The position numbers and the translations under genes are program-made. The notes under the pieces were generated by a model. That model made no database searches. It saw nothing but the letters and a program-made list of their open reading frames with translations, and was not told where the DNA came from. Below are positions 50,311-63,625 of a stretch of 63,625 nucleotides of DNA, in pieces. The stretch covers positions 1 through 63,625 of the forward strand of contig RZZT01000001.1 in NCBI GenBank assembly GCA_010014525.1, in the 5' to 3' direction. The first letter of the stretch is position 1, and every line of letters starts with the position of its first letter. Source of the stretch: Candidatus Saccharimonadota bacterium. Lineage in GTDB: Bacteria; Patescibacteriota; Saccharimonadia; Saccharimonadales; Saccharimonadaceae.

Positions 50311-50724
50311 AGCTTTTACAAAAAACAAAAATAAAAGCAAACACAAAAAAGTACTAGCACATTACATAAATAAAATAGCACCTTTTACAATTAATGAGAA
50401 TTATTGAAGCTTGACTTTGTCCGTTATTCGCGGAGCCTGAATGGTGATTTAAAATCTTATAAGGTTTATGAGAATGTCTTTCGATTCCTAACTTATTCGT
50501 TTTTTTGAATTACCAAAAAGCTCCGCCAGTATTAAAGCGTAGAGCGCGAGGATAAGTACTCATACTATTTACTCGCATAAATAGTATTTGATGGAACCCC
50601 TCAAGGACATATGCCCCCTTACAAAGGGAGCGGTCAAACTAGCCTAAAAGGGCAGACTTCGGACCACGACTAATAGTTATATTATCGCGTCGTATGGAAT
50701 TTTCGATTTGTTTGTCCTTTGGGC
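50311..50724 (+). ncRNA. Candidate large structured non-coding RNA of unknown family
   Basis: Strong promoter, no ORF of 60 aa or more, multiple GC-rich helices and a loop-loop pairing in an AT-rich background. Confidence 0.65.
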
Positions 50725-50752
50725 TGAATCTAATATATGATATATTATAGAT

Positions 50753-51118
50753 ATGCTTAAAAAAATTATTTTCTCGTTAATGACTGTCTCCGTGATTGGC
50801 TTAGGCTTATTACTTAATTTGACATCACCTTCAAATATCGGCCCGATGGGTATATTGGCGTTCTTCGTGCTGCTGTACCTAATTTTTCTCGGGCTCTTTT
50901 CTTTTTTTCTGCATATTATAGGCAGAATTTCGGCTGGTTTTTTGAAGAGACCATTGAGGTTTATAGATTTTAAACGTAGCTACTACTATGCTACGGTTTT
51001 AGCTTTTGCCCCAATTATCCTGATTGCCCAGCAGTCTATTGGGAGGGTTGGTTTTTTTGAATTTATTTTAGTCATAGTTTTTGAGATAATTGCGTGTATT
51101 TACATTTCAAAACGCTAA
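50753..51118 (+). CDS. Hypothetical membrane protein (4 TM)
   Basis: Four hydrophobic segments; leaderless-type promoter. Confidence 0.8.
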   Translation: MLKKIIFSLMTVSVIGLGLLLNLTSPSNIGPMGILAFFVLLYLIFLGLFSFFLHIIGRISAGFLKRPLRFIDFKRSYYYATVLAFAPIILIAQQSIGRVGFFEFILVIVFEIIACIYISKR

Positions 51119-51139
51119 CGTCTGTGGTATAATTTTACT

Positions 51140-51568
51140 ATGGAACCCCAGCTTGAAAATAGGTTACCTGAAGTTAAGATTGAGTCTCAAAAAACTGTTG
51201 AGACTGGTTTTGAAACTCTCCATAATCCTGATCAGATAAGTGGTGCAAGGTCCTTAGACGCCGAAAAGTCATTTAATGAAGCTGTATTTGCAAGCGAACA
51301 ATTGAGGAATGAGGCAGAAGCGGTGGCGCCGCTGGCGACTTCGCCGATAGTAAATAGCCAGTCTAATACTCCGGCCGATGGCGTGAATGTAATCGCTGCG
51401 CCGCAGGTAGCCCAAGATGGTGATTTAATGGAAAAAGAATGGTTGGACAAGCTAAAAAAAATGGTTAAAGAAACCCACGATCCATATTTGAAGCAGAAAT
51501 ATTTCAGAGATATACAGATGGACTATATGAAAAAGCGCTATGGTCGAATTCTGGGTGGGGGCAAATAA
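51140..51568 (+). CDS. Hypothetical protein
   Basis: Disordered N-terminus and conserved-looking C-terminus (DLMEKEW...DPY...YMKKRYG); stop overlaps next start. Confidence 0.8.
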   Translation: MEPQLENRLPEVKIESQKTVETGFETLHNPDQISGARSLDAEKSFNEAVFASEQLRNEAEAVAPLATSPIVNSQSNTPADGVNVIAAPQVAQDGDLMEKEWLDKLKKMVKETHDPYLKQKYFRDIQMDYMKKRYGRILGGGK

Positions 51569-54528
51569 TGAGTGTTTGGGCAGCATTATTCGTACTCGTG
51601 GTTTTGATTCCTGTGGTATCTTTTTTGTTTATAGATCAGTATAAAAATACCATTCGCGAAACCAAAAATTATGAACGTGGCCTAAAGATGGTACCGATGA
51701 AAATCCATTTGCCCCCGCCGAGCGATGATATTGAAGGCGGTTCTAGGGATGAGCGAGACGTGGTAGACGAAGCTTTATCTCAGGCCCAAACTATGTACAA
51801 TATTATATACAGTACTGCCACAAAAGGTTTTAAGACTAAATTATACGGGCAAAGGCATATTTCATTTGAAATTGTAGCTAGCGATGGCCTGATTCATTAC
51901 TACGCAGTTGTGCCGGCAGTAATTACGGAGACCGTAAAGCAAGCGATAGAAGCAGCTTATCCAGCGGCGCGTCTTGAAGAGATCGAGATGAAGAATATTT
52001 TCAGTCAACAAGGTGGTAGCCACGGCGTGATTGGTGGAGAATTCACTTTAAAGAAAGATTATATTTACCCAATTTCGACTTATGAAGACAGTAAACGTGA
52101 TGCTTCGCGGGCTCTCTTAGATGCGCTATCGCGCGCCTCCCGTGGTGATGGTATGGCGGTTCAATTTATGTTTCGCCCAGCTAGTGAAGATTGGACACAA
52201 AAGTCTATTCAAAAAGTTGATGCTATGCGTAAAAATAAAAAGACTGACGGCACGGTGGCCTTAGACATTATGGAGGCTTTATGGAAGCCGCCCCAAGAAA
52301 GACCAAAAGATAAACCCGAATTTAAAAATCTAACATCCCTAGAAGAGTCTGAGATTGAGGCTATTGAGCGCAAAATTAGGTACCCCGGATACGAAACCTT
52401 GGTCCGCGTTGCAATATCCTCTAGCACCTCTTCTAGAAGTCAGGCTCTATTGCAGAGCGTTATAGCCGCTTTTTCGATGTTTGATTCCCCCACGTATAAC
52501 GGTTTTAAATTTAATATGACTAATAATATTGACGATTTGGTGACATCGTATATTTTTAGGTTTTTCCCGCAGAATTTTAAAAGTAATATTTTGAATAGTG
52601 TGGAGCTTTCGACTATGTTTCATTTACCCAGCCGGACATCTATTCCTACCGAAAAAGTCCAGCGACAGAGGATAAAACAAGTTGATGGTCCCACAGAGTT
52701 GATGGACGAGGGGTTATTGCTTGGCGTAAATGAGTTCCGCGGTGTAAAAAAACAGATTAGGCTGGGAGAGAATGACAGGCGTCGGCATGTGTATATCATT
52801 GGCCAAACTGGTATGGGTAAGTCTAAGCTACTTGAGAATTTAGCTTATCAGGATATTATGGACGGTCGGGGCTTCGCATTTATTGATCCGCACGGCGATT
52901 CGGCTGAAGAGCTGATTGGTATGATACCCAAAGAGAGGATCGACGATGTCATTTATTTTAATCCTAGCGATATTAAAAATCCAATCGGTTTTAACATGTT
53001 TGAGGCCACAACGCCCGAAGAAATGGATTTCGTTATTTCTGAAACTAACTCGATGCTCAAGTCCCTGTATGATCCGGGGAACACTGGTATTGTTGGTCCG
53101 CGCATGGAAAATATCGTGCGTAATGCAGCTATACTTTTGATGAGTGACCCCGATGGTGGTACTTTTATGGATATTCCCAAGGTTTTGGTTGACGCTGAGT
53201 TCGCCAAGTCCAAGATTAAATATCTAAAAAATCAGCGCGCGATAGATTTTTGGACTAAAGAATGGCCAGCCTCACAGCGATCTAACGATGCTGGAGAAGT
53301 CGTAAGCTGGGTTGTCTCGAAATGGGCGCCGTTTGAGAGCGGCTTAATCAATAATATCTTAGGACAGAAAACTAGCGGTTTTAATATTCGTGAAGTTATG
53401 GATGGGCAAAAGATTCTGATAGTTAACCTATCTAAAGGTTTGATGGGCGAGCAGGCTGCCAAGCTCTTAGGCATGGTGTTTGTGATGAAATTTCAAGCCG
53501 CGGCTATGAGCCGGGCAGACACTCCGGAAAGCGAGCGTAAGGATTTTTGTTTATACGTTGACGAGTTCCAGAACTTTGCTACCAACAGTTTTGAATCTAT
53601 TCTCAGCGAGGCTAGGAAATATCGCCTTAATCTGATTTTAGCGAATCAGTTTATGACGCAGCTAACGGATACTATCAAGAGCGCTATTACTGGAAACGTG
53701 CCAACCAAGATTGTAGGGCGTATTGGTATAGATGACGCTGAGAATCTACAGCGAGCATTTACTCCAACTTTTACGGCAGAAGATCTAACCAAACTACCGA
53801 ATTATAATGCAGTAGCCACTATTCTAGTTGGCGGCATACCCTCGGCGCCGTTTACGATGGCTTTGCTCCCCCCGATAGGGCGCTCGAACCAGCAGCTTAG
53901 AGACGCGCTGAAGAGATATTCTTCATCTAAATATGGTCGCCCGAAGGCGATCGTAGAGGCGGAACTCAAAGAGCGCTTGCGAGTGAAAACGGCTCTTTCA
54001 GCTTCTCCTCCCGCTTCTGGAGTGTCTAGCGAACAGGGGGGTCAACCTGCGTCGACAATTAATGAACAAATATCCGCGCTTAATAGCCGGCCCTTAGAAA
54101 ATACAGCCCCCCAGTCTCGATCTATACAGCCGCAAACGCCTAAATCCTCTGGGGCGGGCAATCAGTCTATCGATCGGCCGTCGTTTATTGGTCAAAACCC
54201 AGCCCTAGGTGGGTCGCAAGGTCCTGCTAATGTGCAGTCACCCCAGAATAACGTAATAAAATCACCTCCGCAGTCTGTAGATGATAGTTTTCTTGATGGC
54301 TGGTTGAGGAAAAGGGAAGAACTACGCGAACAAGAGGCGCGGGCGACTACAGCCACAAAAACCTCAACTCCAGAAGTAATAAACAGGCAGACTAAAAGTG
54401 CTTCGCCCGCGAGGTCTGAACCTTTCCGGGCTCAAACTCCACTGACACCAAAGTCTAACGATAACTCGGGTAGATTCGATGTTAATAGCCGTGATAACTC
54501 AGAAGAAGTTATCTTTAAAATTCGGTAA
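51568..54528 (+). CDS. VirD4/TraD (type IV coupling protein)-like or HerA-like ATPase
   Basis: N-terminal TM, RRRHVYIIGQTGMGKS (Walker A), IDPHGD, LYVDEFQNF (Walker B), SEARKY, ANQ; low-complexity tail. Confidence 0.85.
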   Translation: MSVWAALFVLVVLIPVVSFLFIDQYKNTIRETKNYERGLKMVPMKIHLPPPSDDIEGGSRDERDVVDEALSQAQTMYNIIYSTATKGFKTKLYGQRHISFEIVASDGLIHYYAVVPAVITETVKQAIEAAYPAARLEEIEMKNIFSQQGGSHGVIGGEFTLKKDYIYPISTYEDSKRDASRALLDALSRASRGDGMAVQFMFRPASEDWTQKSIQKVDAMRKNKKTDGTVALDIMEALWKPPQERPKDKPEFKNLTSLEESEIEAIERKIRYPGYETLVRVAISSSTSSRSQALLQSVIAAFSMFDSPTYNGFKFNMTNNIDDLVTSYIFRFFPQNFKSNILNSVELSTMFHLPSRTSIPTEKVQRQRIKQVDGPTELMDEGLLLGVNEFRGVKKQIRLGENDRRRHVYIIGQTGMGKSKLLENLAYQDIMDGRGFAFIDPHGDSAEELIGMIPKERIDDVIYFNPSDIKNPIGFNMFEATTPEEMDFVISETNSMLKSLYDPGNTGIVGPRMENIVRNAAILLMSDPDGGTFMDIPKVLVDAEFAKSKIKYLKNQRAIDFWTKEWPASQRSNDAGEVVSWVVSKWAPFESGLINNILGQKTSGFNIREVMDGQKILIVNLSKGLMGEQAAKLLGMVFVMKFQAAAMSRADTPESERKDFCLYVDEFQNFATNSFESILSEARKYRLNLILANQFMTQLTDTIKSAITGNVPTKIVGRIGIDDAENLQRAFTPTFTAEDLTKLPNYNAVATILVGGIPSAPFTMALLPPIGRSNQQLRDALKRYSSSKYGRPKAIVEAELKERLRVKTALSASPPASGVSSEQGGQPASTINEQISALNSRPLENTAPQSRSIQPQTPKSSGAGNQSIDRPSFIGQNPALGGSQGPANVQSPQNNVIKSPPQSVDDSFLDGWLRKREELREQEARATTATKTSTPEVINRQTKSASPARSEPFRAQTPLTPKSNDNSGRFDVNSRDNSEEVIFKIR

Positions 54529-54595
54529 ACTAGAATACCGTGATGTGCGCCCTGATATAATCGCGGTGTTAGAAGATCGGGCTAAGAGCTACCGC

Positions 54596-54943
54596 CTATC
54601 GTTTAAATAAGAGGTAGCGCAGGCCCCTAAATAGTAGTGTAGATGCCCAAGCCACTGCAAAGACCAGCAGTGGAACCGCAGTGTTGATGCCGGCTGACAG
54701 AAGCACATTAAGACTTATTGAAGCTATATAGACCAAGACGGCACCAACCGCAGCTGTAATAATTGCTGTCGGATCTAGTAGCAAATCAATCAGGCTAAAG
54801 ATCCCTCTCGCTAAGGTATTATTGTTTACTACGCTGCCGAACCTTTTATCGAAGGAGCCTAGACTTGTGAGACTTTTTTCTATCGCTATTTTGGCTCGTT
54901 TTGCGGCCTTGCGGTCAAGTGTTTGAATGCTATTTTGTGGCAT
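54596..54943 (-). CDS. Hypothetical membrane protein
   Basis: MPQNSIQ... with two C-terminal TM helices; directly follows the upstream ORF. Confidence 0.55.
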   Translation of the reverse strand: MPQNSIQTLDRKAAKRAKIAIEKSLTSLGSFDKRFGSVVNNNTLARGIFSLIDLLLDPTAIITAAVGAVLVYIASISLNVLLSAGINTAVPLLVFAVAWASTLLFRGLRYLLFKR

Positions 54944-54944
54944 A

Positions 54945-55697
54945 TTACAAGTCCTCCCGATTTTTTCTAATAAATGATAATTGCTTGAGTAATATATTTG
55001 TTCGGTACGCAGACAGGGACACTGCAAACAGTAATGAAGTAAGTACTATTGTTGTTGAAAATACATCAATGTTAGGAAAAGACGTTGTGATAATATCTAC
55101 ATTTTTTATATTTGGGCATTCTATGCTCAAATCTATTCTATTACCGAAAATATTGCTGATCTGGCAGTCGTAGCTATTTTTATCTGTAGAACTACGGCCT
55201 AAGGTTGGTGCGCGGTTTAGCATGGTTGCTCCAAAGAAGGTTTCGTAAGTTTCCCCTGGTAGCAGGGTGACTTCTGGCCAGACTATCGCATCTCCTCGGA
55301 TTGTACCGCCGCTAGTATTTGTTATGTTGGCATATTCTAGAATGTCGCTAATATCATTGCTAGGCGCTAAGGTGCGGACTTCAGCACCATAGTTGGTCGC
55401 CGATAGCCTAAATATAATTTCTTGAGAGGGTTTAAGCATTCCACTTTCGGCGTTAGTGGCTGACAGCAGGTTAATGTCGTCTAGCGAACTCATCTGTGAT
55501 GATAATAGCGAATTTTGCGAAGTATTAGTATTTCTAGAGAAGGGGATTGTTAGTATGTTCATAAGAACTATTACGGTCACTAAAAGAACAGCTATTTTTT
55601 GTAGCTTGTAGCGTTTGCGTAAGGTTTTCTCGTAAGCTATGAATTCCTCGCCTAGTGAAGGGCTCATTATTAGACCAGAGACGATTTTATAGAACAT
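54945..55697 (-). CDS. Membrane protein with Ig-like (DUF11-like) extracellular domain
   Basis: TM, PSQEIIFRLSATN...IVWPEVTLLPGET, C-terminal TM. Confidence 0.65.
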   Translation of the reverse strand: MFYKIVSGLIMSPSLGEEFIAYEKTLRKRYKLQKIAVLLVTVIVLMNILTIPFSRNTNTSQNSLLSSQMSSLDDINLLSATNAESGMLKPSQEIIFRLSATNYGAEVRTLAPSNDISDILEYANITNTSGGTIRGDAIVWPEVTLLPGETYETFFGATMLNRAPTLGRSSTDKNSYDCQISNIFGNRIDLSIECPNIKNVDIITTSFPNIDVFSTTIVLTSLLFAVSLSAYRTNILLKQLSFIRKNREDL

Positions 55698-55832
55698 TTC
55701 CCACCTTTATAAATAACGTTAATGTCTATATTTTAGCATAAAAATCATGAAATTTTAAGCATAATTTGAGAAAATTACTAGTTTAGTGTATAATAAGGAC
55801 TATACAATATATCAGAAAATGTCTGAATGTGA

Positions 55833-57818
<1,986 letters not shown>

Positions 57819-57820
57819 TC

Positions 57821-60319
57821 ATGAAAGAAGAAAACAATACACCACAAGAAGGCGAAATCATTGCGCCTGCACAAACGCACTCTAGAGTTGTTGAACATAG
57901 AACGGTAGAGAATGTTATGGAAGATAGCTTCTTCCGTTATTCGATGAGTGTTATTATCGACCGTGCCCTACCAGATGTTCGCGATGGAATGAAGCCAGTT
58001 CATCGCCGAATTCTGTATTCGATGGGTGAAAAGGGGATTCGCCCAGGCAGTAAATTCCAGAAATCCGCGCGTATCGTTGGTGACGTGATGGGTAAATATC
58101 ACCCGCACGGCGATACTGCAATTTATGATTCAATGGTGCGTTTGGCGCAAGATTGGGTGATGCGCTATCAACTAGTTGATGGTCAAGGTAACTTTGGGTC
58201 AATGGACGGCGATCCAGCGGCGGCGATGCGTTATACCGAGGCGCGCTTAGGCCGGATTGGCGATGTCCTACTCGCTGATTTAGATAAAGATACGGTTGAT
58301 TTTCGTGACAACTACGATGGCTCAGAACAGGAGCCGTCTGTCTTACCGGCTAAAGTTCCTAATTTACTCTTGAACGGGCAAATCGGTATTGCTGTTGGTA
58401 TGGCTACGAGCATCCCGACACACAACCTCGGTGAAGTGGTTGATGCGACGATTGCCCTAATCGATGATCCAGAATCAACACTCGATGACCTGCTAAAGCA
58501 TATAAAAGGGCCAGATTTCCCAACAGGAGCTGTGGTCTACGGCGGCGCTCCAATGCGCCAAGCCTATCAAACCGGCCGCGGTAGTGTAACTATGCGCGCA
58601 GTGGCAGAAATTACGGAAACTAAACGTGGTCGCCATCAGATTATTGTATCCGAGATTCCATATGCAGTGAACAAGGCAAATCTAATTGAAAAAATTGCCG
58701 ATCTAGTAAAGGACAAGAAAATCACTGCAATTTCAGATTTGCGAGACGAGTCTGCGCGCGGTGAAGTGCGGATAGTTATTGATCTTAAGAAAGACGCCTA
58801 CCCGAAGAAGGTTCTTAACCAGCTGTACAAACTAACGCCTTTACAATCAAGCTTCCATTATAATATGTTAGCATTGGTAGACGGCATTCAGCCGCGAGTA
58901 CTCGGCCTTAGGGATATTTTGGCGGAATTTATTAAACACCGTCGAATTGTGGTGCGCCGTCGAACTGAATTTGAATTGAAAAAGGCTAAAGCTCGAGCTC
59001 ACATTTTAGAAGGTTACAAGATTGCTCTAGATAATATCGACGAAGTTATTAAAACTATCCGCGAAAGTTATGATGATGCCGATAGGCGCTTGATCGAGCG
59101 ATTCGGCTTGAGTGAGATTCAGGCTGCGGCAATTTTGGCGATGCAACTTCGCCGCTTGCAGGGTCTTGAACGCGATAAGATTGAAGAGGAACTGAGGCAG
59201 CTTCGTGAGCTAATTGAGCAGCTCGAGGCGATTCTAGCGGATGAAAATGAAATCTTGAAGATTGTCAAAACTGAACTTCTAGAAATGAAAGAAAAATACG
59301 GCGACGACCGTAAATCTAGGATGATTAATCATGAGCTTGGCAGATTCAGCGATGAAGAATTGATTCCGGAAGAAGAATCGGTGATTTTGTTGACTACAGA
59401 AAATTATATTAAACGTACGCTTCTAAGTGAATATCGACGCCAAAACAGGGGCGGAAAAGGTAAGCGGGGTATGGTAACTAAGGAAAAAGATGTGATTGAC
59501 CGCCTAATCCCAACCAGCACACACGATTGGCTACTGTTCTTTACAAACAGGGGGCGGGTTTTCCGTTTGAAGGCTTATGAAGTCCCAGCGGCTAGCCTAC
59601 AAGCCAAAGGTGTGGCGGCAGTAAACCTACTTCAGCTACAACCAGAAGAGAAAATAACTTCGATTATTAAGCTGGCACAATCATCTGAAGCTGATAACTA
59701 TCTGTTCATGGCAACTATTAAGGGGACAGTCAAGAAAACAGCCTTGAAAGATTTTGCGAATATCAGGACTAATGGTCTGAACGCTATTAATCTTGATGAG
59801 GGCGATGAACTGCGTTGGATTCAAGAAACTAATGGCTCGCAGGACATCATTATCTCGACTTCGGCTGGCCAAGCGGTACGCTTTAATGAGAACCATGTTC
59901 GCGCAATGGGTCGAGCGGCTCGAGGTGTGCGTGGTGTACGATTGCGGCCAGATGATAATGTAGTGGGTATGGATGTTGTTGGCGATGATAAACAAAAACT
60001 ACTAGTAATTGCAGCTAATGGTTATGGTAAGAAAACCGAAATTGCTAATTTTGAAGTCAAAAATCGAGGAGGAATTGGCGTTAAAGCGGCTGTCGTAACG
60101 GCTAAAACCGGCCCAATTGTATCTGTTAAGACATTACCCGATAACGTTTGTGACGCGCTAATGATTTCAAATGGTGGGCAGACAATCCGTGTGTCACTCA
60201 AAGACATTCCTACGCTTGGACGTACGACTCAAGGTGTTCGGATTATGAAAATGAGTGCAGGCGATTCAGTTGCTAGTGTTGGCTTAATGGAAGATAATAA
60301 GGAAGAAGAGGAAGAGTAA
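57821..60319 (+). CDS. gyrA: DNA gyrase subunit A
   Basis: [22 protein letters not shown] and GyrA-box QNRGGKG. Confidence 0.97.
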   Translation: MKEENNTPQEGEIIAPAQTHSRVVEHRTVENVMEDSFFRYSMSVIIDRALPDVRDGMKPVHRRILYSMGEKGIRPGSKFQKSARIVGDVMGKYHPHGDTAIYDSMVRLAQDWVMRYQLVDGQGNFGSMDGDPAAAMRYTEARLGRIGDVLLADLDKDTVDFRDNYDGSEQEPSVLPAKVPNLLLNGQIGIAVGMATSIPTHNLGEVVDATIALIDDPESTLDDLLKHIKGPDFPTGAVVYGGAPMRQAYQTGRGSVTMRAVAEITETKRGRHQIIVSEIPYAVNKANLIEKIADLVKDKKITAISDLRDESARGEVRIVIDLKKDAYPKKVLNQLYKLTPLQSSFHYNMLALVDGIQPRVLGLRDILAEFIKHRRIVVRRRTEFELKKAKARAHILEGYKIALDNIDEVIKTIRESYDDADRRLIERFGLSEIQAAAILAMQLRRLQGLERDKIEEELRQLRELIEQLEAILADENEILKIVKTELLEMKEKYGDDRKSRMINHELGRFSDEELIPEEESVILLTTENYIKRTLLSEYRRQNRGGKGKRGMVTKEKDVIDRLIPTSTHDWLLFFTNRGRVFRLKAYEVPAASLQAKGVAAVNLLQLQPEEKITSIIKLAQSSEADNYLFMATIKGTVKKTALKDFANIRTNGLNAINLDEGDELRWIQETNGSQDIIISTSAGQAVRFNENHVRAMGRAARGVRGVRLRPDDNVVGMDVVGDDKQKLLVIAANGYGKKTEIANFEVKNRGGIGVKAAVVTAKTGPIVSVKTLPDNVCDALMISNGGQTIRVSLKDIPTLGRTTQGVRIMKMSAGDSVASVGLMEDNKEEEEE

Positions 60320-60323
60320 AACG

Positions 60324-60752
60324 ATGTTTATGTCGCCCTATATAATAGTATTTGTGGTAGCTTGGTTTGTTGCTCAAGGAGCTAAATATATATTGCAATT
60401 GCACAATAATAAGGCGGCCAGCTTCAAGACTATCATTACGGAGAGCGGCGGGATGCCGAGTTCCCATAGCGCAGTTGTTGTTGCGGTTACTACATTAATC
60501 ATGCTGAAGGAAGGGTTGGCTTCGCCAGTTTTTGGGATCGCATTAACATTTGCGATGATAGTTATATACGATTCGATGAAGGTTCGTTATTCTACGGGTC
60601 AGCAGTCAATTGCTATAAATAAAATTATAGATCAGCAGAAGCTAAAAATTCCAAAGCTCAGAGTTGTAAAAGGGCATACTCCACTTGAGGCAGCTGTCGG
60701 CTCTAGTCTAGGCTTATTCATCGGGTATTTGGCCTTTATTGTGGGCTTGTAG
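60324..60752 (+). CDS. Divergent PAP2 (DUF212) family membrane protein
   Basis: AQGAK, SGGMPSSHSA, IVIYD and GHTPLE. Confidence 0.9.
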   Translation: MFMSPYIIVFVVAWFVAQGAKYILQLHNNKAASFKTIITESGGMPSSHSAVVVAVTTLIMLKEGLASPVFGIALTFAMIVIYDSMKVRYSTGQQSIAINKIIDQQKLKIPKLRVVKGHTPLEAAVGSSLGLFIGYLAFIVGL

Positions 60753-60803
60753 GCCCTAAAAAGACTGTTTTAATAAAAATCTCCAAAAAAGTCGAAAAAA
60801 GTG

Positions 60804-60832
60804 TTGACTTTTATAAAGCGAGCTAGTATACT
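60804..60832 (+). promoter_or_regulatory. rRNA promoter
   Basis: TTGACT-17 nt-TATACT with upstream A-tracts. Confidence 0.85.
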
Positions 60833-60961
60833 TGGTATTAGTTCGCACCGAGGAGATAGAAATAACCGATGTGGAGTTGAACTAAAACGAACGTTAACAA
60901 TTTAGTTGTGCAAATTTATCGTCAGTCTATTTAAAAATAGATTATCAATTTTGATAGTTTT

Positions 60962-62487
<1,526 letters not shown>

Positions 62488-62647
62488 TAGAGGAGATTAC
62501 GCCAGATAGTCGAGAAATCACTATCTGAAGCTAGGTCGGTCTTTCTGCTAAGTTATAATAAATTTAATTAGCAGATTCGGTCCTTCGGGACAAGACTTAA
62601 ATTTATTCACAGACTGAGATAAATTGCACAACTAAATTGTTAAATAG

Positions 62648-62679
62648 AAAATTCCCGTATTTTACGGGAATTTTTTGTT
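62648..62679 (+). terminator. Intrinsic terminator after 16S
   Basis: AAAATTCCCGTA-TTT-TACGGGAATTTT followed by TTGTT. Confidence 0.75.
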
Positions 62680-62833
62680 GTATCTTGACGAAACTAGTTA
62701 ATGCAAGTATCAACTAATAAAAATAATTAGCCGGTCGTGCGAGAGAAAGAGGCCGGGCTAATTTTAGGCTTAGACCTTCTCTTTTTTTGAAATTATGATT
62801 TCCTTTTAGTGGGTAATAATGTATTATAGTATA

Positions 62834-63376
62834 ATGAATAAAGTTAAGCGTTTTAGGAACTATAAAGATGGTTTTACCATTATCGAGGTTGTGCTAGTAC
62901 TCGCGATTGCAGGTCTTATTTTTTTGATGGTGTTTATTGCGCTGCCGGCACTGCAGCGGAGCCAGAGAGATACACAGCGAAAGCGTGATACAGATAGGCT
63001 ACTTGCGGCTATCCAGTCTTATCAATCGAATAACCTAGGCAGATTGCCCGACGAAATCGATCACTCTGCTCCCATAAATAGTTACTCCGATATAAATGAT
63101 ACTAACTTTGGTAGGAATTATTTGCGTCAAGACGGTTATTTCAGTAATCCAGAAGGGACAGTTTATGTTATTTATACTAGCACTAGAGTGAACCCTGGCG
63201 AGACATTGCCAGATAACTCGGTTAACGATTTTTGGTTGGCTCGCGGAGTGGAATGTGACGGGGAAGATTTGAAACTTACTGTCGCGAATAACTGGGCTAG
63301 TCTTAGAAATGGGAGTAATCGGGTGGCGGTTCGTATAAAATTAGAAGGCGGAGGTGTATACTGCGTAAATAATTAA
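62834..63376 (+). CDS. Type IV pilin between 16S and tRNA-Ala
   Basis: G|FTIIEVVLVLAIAGLIFLMVFIALPALQRSQR and C-terminal Cys pair; ATG 6 nt after TATTAT. Confidence 0.92.
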   Translation: MNKVKRFRNYKDGFTIIEVVLVLAIAGLIFLMVFIALPALQRSQRDTQRKRDTDRLLAAIQSYQSNNLGRLPDEIDHSAPINSYSDINDTNFGRNYLRQDGYFSNPEGTVYVIYTSTRVNPGETLPDNSVNDFWLARGVECDGEDLKLTVANNWASLRNGSNRVAVRIKLEGGGVYCVNN

Positions 63377-63448
63377 GATATTTTTTGTAAATAGTCTTGA
63401 TTTATGAACTATTTTGATGTAAAATTGGTAGTGTTCTTTAATAGAAAT

Positions 63449-63525
63449 GGGGATATAGCTCAGTTGGCTAGAGCACCTGCTTTGCAAGCAGGGGGTCCAG
63501 GGTTCGAGTCCCTGTATCTCCACCA
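63449..63525 (+). tRNA. tRNA-Ala(TGC)
   Basis: GGGGATA acceptor; CCTGC-TTTGCAA-GCAGG; CCA. Confidence 0.97.
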
Positions 63526-63625
63526 GAGAAAGTTGCCAAATATTTGGCGGTTTTCTCTGGTAGCCTCATACGAGACCCAGTTATGGGGCGAACCAAGGCT
63601 TCGGTCTTAACTCGCTCCACCAAAC

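Noticed and set aside
50590-50700. Group I intron identity for the large ncRNA
   Set aside because: ACGACTA resembles part of the R element, but no matching S element or interrupted host gene was seen

Overview
Chromosomal window from a Candidatus Saccharibacteria (TM7, Patescibacteria/CPR) bacterium, judged from the 16S signatures (AAACATAAAGGAATTG, long V1 helix) and gene content. It carries housekeeping genes (tsaD, valS, orn, dnaG, rpoD, mutM, holA, ftsK, rpsF-ssb-rpsR, efp, tlyA, ychF, ndk, thrS, miaA, rpmB, infC-rpmI-rplT, gyrB, gyrA) and a type IV pilus locus (pilM/N/O, pilB, pilT, pilC, pilD, minor pilins). Also present are a Xer-type recombinase, ComM, a VirD4/TraD-like ATPase, six tRNAs, RNase P RNA, tmRNA, a probable 6S RNA and a 16S rRNA gene. 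The most notable unexplained signal is the ~800-bp intergenic region between tmRNA and the VirD4-like locus. It holds two back-to-back consensus sigma70 promoters that appear to drive non-coding transcripts sharing a 5' hairpin; one is ~410 nt and highly structured. Other highlights are a thrS T-box combining an ultrashort Stem I with a terminator, a pilin gene between 16S and tRNA-Ala behind a terminator, pervasive leaderless promoters, and loss of zinc-finger cysteines in several enzymes. All RNA folding was done by eye, and protein calls rest on motif recognition, not database searches.
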